Source of the DNA: Octopus sinensis
Taxonomy: Eukaryota
DNA: 64,000 nt
Assembly (NCBI RefSeq): GCF_006345805.1
Contig: NC_043002.1
Location: forward strand, 20,274,001 to 20,338,000
Reading direction: 5' to 3'
Shown here: positions 13,187-24,966 of the stretch, piece by piece
Position numbering within the stretch: position 1 is the first letter of the stretch
Layout: the number at the start of each line of letters is the position of its first letter
Position numbers and translations under genes: made by a program
Notes under the pieces: model-generated
Databases searched by the model: none
Told to the model about the DNA's origin: nothing
What the model saw: the letters and a program-made list of their open reading frames with translations, nothing else

Positions 13187-13296
13187 CACCAACTTTCTTA
13201 TATCTACATTTATTCTGTAAAACTGCCTCCGGATGGAAGATGAGGACTGGGATCTTCTTGTTGTAGCCAGTCCATCTGATATTGGGCTTGTCATCA
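13187..13296 (-). CDS. TTLL5: TTLL5 coding exon 2 (DDKPNIRWTGYNKKIPVLIFHPEAVLQNKCRYKKVG)
   Basis: tttacag|T...GGTG|gtaagt; 110 nt, phase 2 to 1. Resembles the vertebrate TTLL5 segment [24 protein letters not shown] (recalled). Confidence 0.92.
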
Positions 13297-15324
13297 CTGT
13301 AAAGGAGATAAGACAAGCAGGCTTGAAGTTGTCGTAAATAATGAAATATCGCAGCAGCAAACTGGAACTAAGGCATATAAAAATACAATAACATCAATAA
13401 CAACATTGATGACACTGACAATAACAACAACAACATCAACAAAAAAGAACAAAAACAGTAGTAGCGGCAACAGCAAACCAACAATGAGTCTCTACATGAT
13501 GACAACCTGTTTGAGTTAATAGTTAGACCTCCCTCAAATTATGCTCTACTACTTTGGAAAGGAAGAGACAGTGGATAATGTAGACCTAGTATGCAATGCC
13601 AGAGAGGATGGGAAGGTCTGAATGTCTTTGGCTATAGGTCCGCTCAGTTAAGACAGATCTCTGACTAAACAACTAACAATTGCAACACCACCACCATCAC
13701 CACCACCACTAACAACAACAATAGAACAAACAAACACTACAGTTAATCCTTTCTAAACCACAATGATCTGCAATGCTTGATTTTGGTTTTCTTTTATATT
13801 AAAAAAAAAATAAACGGGCGAATTCTACTCCCAGACAAAACCCTGGTCTCAAATTGGTAGCTTTTCTTGTAGGAATGAATTGAACTCAGCACGGCACCAG
13901 TCATCAATTCTATAAAGCAACTGCAGCAATTTACTGCAAGGAATAATACCTTGATCACCTAGAATCCCTATTTAGACCCCAGTGTTTCTCATTGAAGAGG
14001 AATAAGTGTCTTAAATAAGAACTAAATAAAGCTATGATATAGACAAAGTTGTCTTTATATTATCAGTTGACAGCAGCCAAACCTTGCTTAGATCACACCC
14101 TACCATCTTAAAAAAAGGAAAGGATTTATAGGACAATCTAGTCTCCAATATATTTAATAAAGGATGGTCATAGTTGGAATGCCTCTAATGATAGGGTTAC
14201 TCGACCAGGTCTCTTTGTAGTTAAAACAACAACAAATGTGATAGATTCCGAAACTTTAAAACCTTACCCAGTTGTCCAGAACCCATCAATTCAAACATCT
14301 CTAGCTCTCATTGCCTTGTAAAATCAGAGTATTCCGTTTGTTTAGAAGACTCTGAAGACAAGGCTGGTAGGAAATTCTATTGTTTGGCAAGGTTATATAA
14401 GAAACCAAACAAGACTATGGATACCCACTGAAAATATACATATATTCCATAGTGCATGCTCCACAGTGCCTACTTTAGGCATAAGTAAAACAAGCCTATG
14501 CCTTAGGCCCCACAATCACTGAAGAGCATATATACTGGATTTGAACCCAACATAACTAGAGAAGCTAAAATTAAGCTCTGTATAACAAAGTAGTGAATCA
14601 ATGTTTCAACCTCTCCACCACCCTCTCATTTAATAGCAGTAACAATAATTACATTGCCATATGAGTACATGATTTTGGGGGAGGAATACAGTTTATTGAG
14701 TCTGCCACAGCATATTATTCATATTACATCTCTCTGCCATCTCAACCTTGACAAATGAAGATAAAAGCAGACTTCGAAATGCAAACAAGTGCCAAAAAGT
14801 ACTATACTGCTTCTGTGAACCATAGCGATCAATAATCACAATAATTTCTCACATCAGCACAAAGCTACAATGTGTGAAGGTGAGCAGAGTCTATTCAATT
14901 GAAACCCACACTGTCTTTCACTGATATTTTATTTACTAATTCTAATACGATGAAAAACTAACAAGGGGCATATATTCTGGGTGTGCAAGGTCAGTGTCAC
15001 ACAACCATCAAAGGCGGTAAATTTTTTTTTGTATCATGAAACTGCAAGAATAGAGTCATTGTAATCTGGTTTTAAGTTAATTTCAAACCTAATAATGGTT
15101 TCAGCACAAGGCCAGCAATTTCAAAAAAAGAATTTTCACAACTAGTTAAAGTGTCTTATAACTGTGGGTTTCAACATTTTGTATAGCTATGTAGGGAGAA
15201 GCATACAACCATAATTAATAAGGTCCTTGCCAGCTGAGTATGTTTTGGAGACAGTTTAGGTTTCCTGTCAAAGACATTTTAATTCATTGAGTATGCTAAT
15301 GGTTTATGGGGAAAAAACACGAGT

Positions 15325-15705
15325 ATCTCTGGCATGGCTGTAAGGTTAAGAAGCTCATTTTGCAACCATGTGGTTTTAGGTTCAGTCTTACCCCTAGGAT
15401 ATTGATTGCCTTGTGAAAGAATTTGGCAGATAGAAACTGTGTGGGAGCCCATCATATGTGTGCGTAAGTGAGAGAGAGTGTGTGTGTGCTTGAGCATGTG
15501 TGTGTTCCTACACCATTGCTTGACAGCTGGTGCCTGTTTATTTCCATCTCTGTAACTTAGAGATTTGGAAATAAAGACTGATATAATAAGTACCAGACTT
15601 AAAAAGAGCAAATACTAGGGCTGATTCACTTGACTAAAATCCTTTAAGATGGTACTCCAGCATGGCCACATCCCAATGACTAGATCAAGTAAAAGATAAA
15701 AGATA
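15325..15705 (+). mobile_element. SINE family A, older and diverged copy
   Basis: Same layout (head, TG tract, cttgacaac..., ccagcatggcc, AAAAGAT tail) at lower identity. Confidence 0.75.
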
Positions 15706-17499
15706 TATACTTCCTGTTTATTTGCCTGTAAAATATACAACTTTCATGCATCAAGTAAACAGACTAAAGACTAGATTAAAGACTAATGTAATGTGACTGA
15801 ATGCAACAACTACAATCATAGTGGTATTAACAACTACAAAGAGGATGTCAAAAATGTTAGAGAGAAGGAGAAAAATTTAAAAAAAAAAGATACACTGAAA
15901 TAACTCCACCAAGCAAATAATGATTTCTGCACCACACCATTGTAAGTCTACTCAATCAATGCTGACCTGCAACTAAACAACAGCAACAACAACACTGAAC
16001 CAATGAGAGAGCTTCTAAGTGGTCACCTGACTAGCCAAAAATACAGCCAAATCTCAGAGGACAGCACTCATGACTTCCATAAGATCTCTCAGACTGGTGT
16101 TATGGTATAAATTCTGCTGAAAAAAAGAGATTTAATTTCTTCTTACATATTTCATAGTTGGCCAACATGAGCAGATGAAACTCCAGTGAAGGGGAGGCAC
16201 CCAACTGATGTAGAGAACTAATAGATTGGGGAAATCAAGGATTGTGCTTACATTAAAGCTTCTTGTAATTCAGAAGCAGTTCTCTCCTCAGTGAGCACTT
16301 GATATTTCTCTGAGGATGGACATGGTTGACTGCGATACTTCATCAGCAATGAGGTATTACAGTCAACAACACACTAACCTATCATTGAACTACCTCGCTG
16401 AACTTGCAGATAATTAGGAACATTTATGAACAAGCCACCATCAAAAGAGAATTGGAACATGACCATTGTGACATAGTGGAGGCAAAAAGAACAGATTCCT
16501 TGAAAATGGGAAAAATGGTGAAAACAGAAAAAGTCTTGAAGTTGCAGAATAAGACTACTTTGTTTGTGACATCACAACTGATTTCATTACAATTCAATAA
16601 CAAAAAAACTTCTGTAGCTGAACAGTTCTCAAAAATTTACAGCATTTTGAATTTAATTTCCTTATAATTATAAGGATTATAAATTCCTTATAATTCCTTA
16701 CATAATTTTTTCTTCCCTTGTCAAATATTTAATTTCTCATGTGCGTGTGTGTGCATGCACGCATGTTTTCATGTGTGTGCGTGTGTGTTATTGCAAGAAA
16801 ATATATTTCTTTGAAGTATGTCTTACCGAGCAAATAATTCTTTTAGGGACCTATTGACATACACACAAAAAAAATATACACAGATAGATAGATTGATATT
16901 ATATAGATCAGTGGATGGATGGACAGACAAAACCTACACTATACTAAAATATAATTTATATATTTGAAAATCTGAAAAGTAACAAAACAGCATAAGGACA
17001 TTGTAAATGGAAAACATTTCCATACTACAAATTTTATGTATTGAGTACTTTCTGGTTAATAATGGCTATTTCTGTCAGTATAATATCAGACTAAGGTCAA
17101 AAAGCACAAATATTTCAATGGCAAGTATTCTCAAACCAGCATAAAGCTAACAGGCTTGAACAAAAAAAAAAGATTCATCTTATAAGCATTTAAATCAACA
17201 TTTTTGATCACCATGAAATACATAGCAAGCATTTTTTTTCATGTAATGACCAACCCATACCAGAATAGAATATGAACATTAAATGATGGTCATTTAATAT
17301 TTTGGAAAGAAAATAAGGCAGTTAATAAACCTGTGGATTCATGTAAGTTGATTTAAAAGTTTTCATAGTAAATTTTTTAAAATGAAATTCTTGTTAATTA
17401 CTGCTTCGTATTGGAGTCTAACTATTTAATTTTGTTGTAGAGTATGTATATTTTTAGCATTATCATCCATGCAACATTTTTGTTATACAAGTAGTTATT

Positions 17500-17935
17500 A
17501 TTATTATTATTGTTAGCCACTACACACATTTTTTTCTCTCCTTGTTTTTTCTGTATACCTTTCTGTAGAAGAGCATAGGCTCGAAACGTAAAAGACTTTT
17601 TCTCTTCCTGAGCTAATACATCTGTTTGTTTTGTAGGCTCGAAACGTAAAAGACTTTTTCTCTTCCTGAGCTAATACATCTGTTTGTTTTGTACACCACC
17701 TGCCTTCGTCTTTTGGTTTTTTTTCATAAACTCTCCCTATATATATATATATATTATCATCCATGCAACATTTTTGTTATACAAGTAGTTATTATTATTA
17801 TTATTGTTAGCCACTACACACATTTTTTTTCTCTCCTTGTTTTTTCTGTATATCTTTCTGTAGAAGAGCGTAGGCTCGAAATGTAAAAGACTTTTTCTCT
17901 TCCTGAGCTAATACATCTGTTTGTTTTGTAGGCTT
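17500..17935 (+). mobile_element. Penelope-like LTR-type repeat with hammerhead-like motif, tandemly duplicated
   Basis: cttt-CTGTAGA-a-gagc(g/a)taggctc-GAAA(c/t)gta-aaag occurs twice; a homologous inverted, decayed copy lies at 32335-32470. Confidence 0.55.
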
Positions 17936-18300
17936 TATCTTTTATTAAACTTTTAATACTTTTGATATTTATATATAAAAAAATTAATTAATTAATTAAT
18001 TAATTAAACAAAATAATATATAAATATAAAAATATACATACATATATATATATATATTTGTATATATATGTTTAAAATTTATAAGTTTAAATTATTTTAA
18101 TAATTTTTAAATTTTTAACTTTTATATTTTAAAATTAATTTTATGTATTGGCTTATGTTTTTCACTGTTTGATTTGCCTAATAGTGGTTTTATCTCTAAT
18201 TTAATATAATATAATATAATATATTTATACTATAAAATTGGATTTAATCCTAAATCTAATTTTTCCCTGTAAGTTTGGATTTATTCCCTAATATTATTAT

Positions 18301-18349
<49 letters not shown>

Positions 18350-18350
<1 letters not shown>

Positions 18351-18508
18351 CAGAGTGGTTGGCGTTAGAAAGGGCATCCAGCTGTAGAAACACTGCCAGA
18401 TCAGACTGGAGCCTGGGGCAGCCCCTGGCTCCCCAGACCCCGGTCGAACCGTCCAACCCGTGCTAGCGCGGAAAACGGACGTTAAACGATGATGATGATG
18501 ATGATGAT
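18350..18508 (+). mobile_element. Family C retroposon 3' end
   Basis: gagtggttggcgttagaaagggcatccagc...ggacgttaaac(gat)n. Confidence 0.88.
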
Positions 18509-18519
18509 ATATATATATC

Positions 18520-18659
18520 AAACAGTTTGATTCAAATTTCTTAGTACTTTAAGCATGATGCTAGTCTTCAGGCATTGGAGTTAGAATCTAATTCCAATGG
18601 CTGAAGACTAGCATTACACTGGAAACTTAAAGTAGCATGGAATTTGAATCAAACTGTTT
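18520..18659. repeat. Imperfect palindrome of about 140 bp (MITE-like)
   Basis: aaacagtttgattcaaatt / aatttgaatcaaactgttt; inner atgctagtcttcag / ctgaagactagcat. Confidence 0.85.
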
Positions 18660-19366
18660 TGACCCATACATGTAACTCCCAATAAATGTATTGAGTGCCC
18701 TTCTTTCATTTATCTGCTCACTCGGTGTATGTGCATGTGTGTGTGTGTGTGTGCATATATGTGCATATATATATATTACACACACAACACACACTCTTTT
18801 CAGTACTGTCAGTTATCATCTATTCTTCTTTACTTTTACCTTCAACCCATGCTAGCATGGAAAGCGGACGCTAAATGATGATGATGATATATATATATAT
18901 ATATATATATCATTAATCACTCCTTCACCCTTGTCCACCATTAAATATGCCCACCCATTTCAACCCTTGTTCTTCAATCATTATATTCATCCCCTCAGCT
19001 TACGACCCATCTCTATCCCTCACCCTCCTCGTACACTCTTCCAACTACTTGTCTACACTCAGTCCTTCTGCCTTCAACTTCTTTGGTCTTGAGGGTCCAC
19101 TTTGACACTATTACTACTATTTTATCTATTTTTTCCAGCGCTACCCCATTTACTCCCACCCCCTCTTGTATAATGTGACCAGCTATGTATCATTTCTACA
19201 GTAAGAAACCCCATTATGGCCCCTTTTATCATGCTCTAATTTTTCCTTGCTTAATATAAAGCTGCCTCCAGTTCTACTGTAACCCCACTCAGCTGAGGGG
19301 AGTCATAGTCTTGCAAGCTACATGAGTATTTCATTAGCGCTGGTACCACAAAAATAGCACCCAGTA

Positions 19367-19685
19367 TCATCATCATCATCATCATCGTTTAACGTCCGCT
19401 TTCCATGCTAGCATGGGTTGGACGGTTCGACCGGGGTCTGGGAAGCTAGAAGGCTGCACCTGGCTCCAGTCTGATCTGGCAGTGTTTCTACAGCTGGATG
19501 CCCTTCCTAACGCCAACCATTCCATGAGTGTAGTGGGTGCTTTTTACGTGCCAGACGAGGCTGGCAAACTGCCACGATTGGATGGTGCTTTTTACGTGCC
19601 ACCGGCATGGAGACCAGTCAGGGCGGCGCTGGCTACGGCCACGTTCGGATGGTTCTCTTACGTGCCACCGGCACTGGTACACCAT
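19367..19685 (-). mobile_element. Family C retroposon
   Basis: (CAT)n then gtttaacgtccgctttccatgctagcatggg; the reverse complement of the 62.0-62.3 kb copy. Confidence 0.88.
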
Positions 19686-19835
19686 GTAAATTAGTTGAGA
19701 TTAGAAAGAGCATCCAGCTGGAGAAACCATGTCAAAGTAGACATTGGCACATGATGCAGTTCTTGAACACATGGGATCCTAGTGAACTGTCCAACTTATA
19801 TGAGAATGGAAGAAGTATGTTAAAAGAAGACAGTA

Positions 19836-19866
<31 letters not shown>

Positions 19867-20278
19867 GGCGCAGGAGTGGCTGTGTGGTAAGTAGCTTGCT
19901 AACCAACCACATGGTTCTGGGTTCAGTCCCACTGCATGGCATCTTGGGCAACTGTCTTCTGCTATAGCCTCGGGTCGACCAAAGCCTTGTGAGTGGATTT
20001 GGTAGACGGAAACTTAAAGAAGCCTGTCGTATATATGTATATATATGTATATGTATGTGTGTGTATATGTTTGTGTGTCTGTGTTTGTCCCTCTAGCATT
20101 GCTTGACAACCATGCTGGTGTGTTTACGTCCCCATCACTTAGCGGTTCAGCAAAAGAGACCGATAGAATAAGTACTGGGCTTACAAAGAATAAGTCCCGG
20201 GGTCAATTTGCTCGACTAAAGGCAGTGCTTCAGCATGGCCGCAGTCAAATGACTGAAACAAGTAAAAGAGTAAAAGAG
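19867..20278 (+). mobile_element. SINE family A, full length
   Basis: ggcgcaggagtggctgtgtggtaag...ggttcagtccc...internal (TG)n...tail gtaaaagagtaaaagag. Confidence 0.93.
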
Positions 20279-21029
20279 AGATAGAGTATATTATATAGGT
20301 AGGGTAAAATCCAAGCTGTGTCTTCTTGAAGTACAATTGCTTTTGCCAGTATTACAATCCAGTATGTTGTTGTATTGATGTGAAATACATATTAGAGATG
20401 AAAATTCTGGAAATACTGTTTACAGAGTTGTTATATAACAAAACAGGAAATTGGAATATTTTTTGGTATTGTTTATTCTTCGAAGAATTTCTAATAGGAA
20501 ATTTCTTACATGTACAATTTTGTGATTCCTATTAGCAAATGAGACATAAGTAATGGTGAATAAATAGCAAAAATTTTCCAACTTCCTGTTTTGTTTTATA
20601 TATCTTCATCATGTTAAATAATATACTAACAAGATGGTCATGGCCATCGATTATAATGATTTATTGAAACACAAATCAGATTTTAAGACGTATATATTTT
20701 TGTTGTTGTTATAATGTTGTTATAATGGAAGGCAAGGTTTACGATATCGAGAGAATATTGCCTTCTCCCATTATATCTTGTTCTTCATGTAGTTCTGGCT
20801 CCGGCAGGCGAAGAAAGAAATCTTTAAGCACAAATGCAATTTACAACCGGTTTATTTACAAGTTTCACAGAATAGGTAAAGTGTATTGCTCTCAGCAACC
20901 ATCTCAAGCTGTGTGCGTGGTGTTGTATCTCCATTAGTGTGGGCACATTGCCTCTGGAGGTACAACATGCAGACAGGCCCAGCCAGTGCAGTGTGCTCAG
21001 CAAGCGCTGCTGCGTAGAAGCAGGGAGAG

Positions 21030-21150
21030 AGAGTGAATCTGTTTCTGTCTTGCCTTATATACAATTTGCCATCTCGAGTGCTCGTTGTGATCTCACACAT
21101 GGCAAATGGATGCAGGTGAGGTCCCGCTCCAGTCTCGGAGATGGCAAATG
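21030..21150 (-). promoter_or_regulatory. Candidate internal TATA promoter (TTLL5 sense)
   Basis: Minus strand: three ATTTGCCAT/ATGGCAAAT motifs, then TATATAA (21061-21055) and an Inr-like TTCACT about 27 nt downstream. Confidence 0.35.
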
Positions 21151-21894
21151 GCTGCCACAAGATCTCATCCAATATGGCACTGACTGCTTGTGCTGCTACA
21201 CAGTGTACATACACATCATAAACTGAAGTACAGAGCAGCAAATAGACAGGAACAATTTTGCAGTTTCTGTTTTGATTTTACATTTTACTTCTGGATCATT
21301 TCAATGTGCTACAAAAATATTAAACAACTTTGAGTGATACCCTCCAGCCTTCATCAGGTGTCTTGGGGAAATTTCAAACCTGGGTTCTCATTCCTAAGGT
21401 ATTTTTCGATATCATCATTATTATTCAGGTCACTGAATGATAATGATAATAATAAATAATGTACATAATTCCTCATCTCTTAGATATAGATCTGAACTTT
21501 GAGTGATATTTTATAAATACACTTATATGATTCTATCTTTACAGTGCACTTATGAAATGTAATGAATACTGAATGCATTATTGCTGACATAGAAAAACAG
21601 TGTGGTGGTTTAAAGTTTTCCTTATGCATCAGTTAGCAATAAGATCAAGGTTTCTTACTCTGCTATACCCACAAAAATAAACATTCTGAAAAGGTAGACA
21701 ATTTAGCACAAGGTGTTGTATCTAGTAGCAACATTAGTAAACAATAATAATAATCATAACACTAAGATAACAATGCCTATAGCAACAGAAATGACAACAC
21801 CTGCTATAATAGCCACTAATACAATGATAATCATATGCATAACAACTATAAACAACAGCCATCCTAACGATGACAATAATAATAATAATAATCC

Positions 21895-22226
21895 TTTCTA
21901 CTAAAGGCACAAAGCCTGAAATGTTGGGAGAGAGGACTAATCAATTACATCGACCCCAGTGTTTCACAGGTACTTAATTTATTGACCTCAAAAAGGGATG
22001 AAAGGTGAAGTTGACTTCAGTGGAATTTGAACTCACGGAGTGGTTGGCGTTAGGAAGGGCATCCAGCTGTAGAAACACTGCCAGATCAGACTGGAGCCTG
22101 GTGCAGCCTCCTAGCTTCCCAGACCCCGGTCGAACCGTCCAACCCGTGCTAGCACGGAAAACGGACGAAATGCCACTAAGCACTCCATCCAACATACAAA
22201 CAATTCTGCCAGCTCACTGCCTTAAA
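21895..22226 (-). mobile_element. SINE family B interrupted by a family C segment
   Basis: Family B core and tail at 21895-22034, family C at 22035-22166, family B head at 22167-22226. Confidence 0.85.
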
Positions 22227-23032
22227 TAACAACAATAATAATTAACAGCAAAAATAATGGCAACAGAACTACCTATAACAAGAACAACAGTAATAAAACA
22301 TACAAGTAATCTCAACAACAGCAAGAACTGCAGCCTTGACAATGACAGCAATAACAACCAAGACCACAATTACCACAATCCAAGCAACTAATCTTTAGAT
22401 TGTTAATTCATTACTAAGGATACTGTATATAAATGCACTTGTTCAAAAACGGCCAGAACCAAGATAAATTCAGGAAACAAAACATTCCCAACCTCTCAAG
22501 CGGGATATTCTGATCAAAGCTTAATTTTGTAAAGGAAACCAGAGAAAGATACAGCCCTGTGATCTCTGAACCAGAGAAGCCCTCAAAATCCTTTTTGTCA
22601 CTGACACACTTAACTGCAATCCAGAGAGCCTCTTGTGTGCATGACATGCTCCACATTCTTGCACTTTGCTGTAGCACCTTAACTATTCCCTCCCTCACCC
22701 CCACCTACTATCATCAGTTCACTACTTTCACATATCTTTCCCCTGGCCTTCATTTTACTTGTCATTCTTAATATGTTGTATGCAAATTGCCTGACTTTGA
22801 TATCTCCACAAATGTATTTTTCCTACCATGTGCTTATAGTTTTACAAGCTTATATGCCTTTTATACAATTCAATGAAGCCATGTATTTTCATGTAAATCT
22901 AAGTAAAACTTTTTGCACACACATCCACACTTATTAGAAGACAGGATGGTCATAGCTGGAATGCTTTTGATCATTATAGCTGACCTGGGACTAAACACAA
23001 CACCACCACCATCACACAAAAATCATACTTAC

Positions 23033-23220
23033 TCATCACTAATTTCCTGATCTTCTGACTGGTAATCTGAATCGTCCCGATCACTAGTGTTAGAATCGTG
23101 GTCAGCATCACTGTGATCAGATGGTGTCATTGGCTCTCCATCAGACTCCACAACTTTGTTGCTATCTTCAGCCATTTTAACCTCAGCCTCGTCTTCCATG
23201 TTTGCTGCAGCTGTGTTCAT
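23033..23220 (-). CDS. TTLL5: TTLL5 first coding exon (acidic N-terminus MNTAAANMEDEAEVKMAEDS...DQEISD)
   Basis: ATG at 23220; 62 codons + 2 nt, then donor GA|gtaagt. Phase 2 matches the next exon. A strong acceptor (T-tract...ttctag|G) at 23450/23449 suggests the exon is 23449-23033 including 5' UTR. The assignment rests on phase and position, not on homology. Confidence 0.7.
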
Positions 23221-24299
23221 ATGTGTGTGTGTGTCTGTGCGTGTGTGTGTATGTGTGTGTGTGTGTGCGTGTGTGTGTGTGTTAAGTGTCTGTGTACTTC
23301 TGTGGATGCATGTATAAAATTATCTTTTCCGTTTATTTTTCACTTTCTGGTTAACAATTCTTCCATATCTGCTGGGTATCCATCATGGAAGGGATCAAGT
23401 TTCTATTGCATTCGGAATTCGCATTTTGTAGTTTTAGGGACGGTGAAACCTAGAAACAGAAAAAAAAATTTTTTTATATTTTGCTAGGCATTGAAACAAG
23501 GCCAAAAATTAGAAAAGGAAAACAATACAGTCAACTGAGTTAGTACAAGACATAAGTGGAAATTTTAGTTTTTATGAAATCAGAGGAAGTGGACCAATAC
23601 TCAGCACTTACCCAATTTCCAAGTTAACCAAAGCCTTAACAGAAACTGGTATGGAAACCCATTGGTTTGAGTGATATGTTATTTAGAGGGCCAAAATTGT
23701 CTTTAAGGATACCAAGTGTTTGAGAAATATTCAAGGGGTTTTGTTGATCAAACAACTAGAACGTTCAATGAAACTGATATGAGATCTATGATGCATTAGA
23801 CTAGTCTCAGTTAACCTAGATAACATCTAAGAATGTTGCCTGAAATGAACCAGTGTTGAACCTGGTTCAAAGGGAAGGATAACCGGATTAATTTATCTTT
23901 TGTTTGCATCACACCTTGTAACTGAAGCTTAAACCTAACCCTAAGGGGATTAAAAAATATAATTCTTTATGCTATTTATCACCTGCAAACACACACACAA
24001 TAAAATTAGAAAACTACTAAAGTTGCTCAGCCTACAAGAAGCAGCAGTTAAATCTCCCTCAAATCACACTACTATTGTAAGAAATGAAAGATGCATTTGA
24101 AAATGTAGTCTAGATATAATAAAAAAAAAAGGGTATTCACGACTGGTATGTCTTTGATAACATTTCATGACTGGTGAGTCTTTGATAACATTTGCTTGAT
24201 TAAGGCTCTGACCTGGGTTTAAACAACAAATTAAGCAATTTTCCTAGAAAAAAAAATTCCGTCTCGTCTGGTGGAGAATATGAAATTACAATCCAGGAG

Positions 24300-24500
24300 T
24301 TGATAACCCAGCATCTACAATATGTAATCTACTCAACCTTCCACTCATTGTCTCAATACATCAGCATTTTCATGGCCATAATCAGTCTGTGGTAGAGGTC
24401 TCTCTATATGATGTCTAGCCATATGCTGGGCTGTTTCCGTACTAACTAGCCATCACTTGCAGTCAGTAATCAAAACCAAGTGTTCTCAGATTTGATTGTA
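24300..24500 (-). mobile_element. RTE-like LINE 3' relic
   Basis: Degenerate QPSIWLDII..DL...A...R..W pattern on the minus strand. Confidence 0.45.
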
Positions 24501-24834
24501 AGATTAATAAGATTAACCAAGATCATTAGGGAGGTGGTGTCTGGCCCAGAGCAGCATCACACTGCCTTCTCTCATATCACAACAGGACTTAAACTCAGTG
24601 ACACAAAGCTATCAAAAAGTACTTGTTAACTGCATGTTACTCGCACTGCTGGTAGTGGTGTGATGTGCATATCTCATAGCATTTAGCTAGAACCAGCAAA
24701 AATCAATGGCTTTGTTATAGGCACAGTGCAGTGTTAGGGGTGGGAAATAAACCCTTGACTCATCATTAGGAAATATTGACTTAACTAGCTGCAGATCTTT
24801 GATTTATACAATTAAAGATAGAATAGACAGATAG

Positions 24835-24925
24835 ACAAGAGTGGTAGAGAGGGGGGAAGGGGGAGAAAGAAAGAGAAAGAGAAAGCAAGACAGAGAGAAA
24901 GAGAGAGTGAAAGAGAGAGGGACAA

Positions 24926-24966
<41 letters not shown>

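Noticed and set aside
16336-16350. CTGATGA on the minus strand
   Set aside because: No stem II or GAAA follows, so it is not a hammerhead.
17935-18260. Extremely AT-rich tract resembling mitochondrial or control-region DNA
   Set aside because: No mitochondrial gene similarity was seen. It is low-complexity, possibly noisy consensus.
21085-21100. TGAGATCA (bantam-like seed) on the minus strand
   Set aside because: Only the seed matches; the rest differs from bantam and it does not sit cleanly in a hairpin arm.
20852-21241. 129-aa minus ORF and overlapping 95-aa plus ORF
   Set aside because: No recognisable homology or splice-phase link. The region is better explained as regulatory or UTR (see findings).
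23098-23487. 129-aa plus-strand ORF
   Set aside because: It is the antisense shadow of the TTLL5 exon plus a (TG)n tract.
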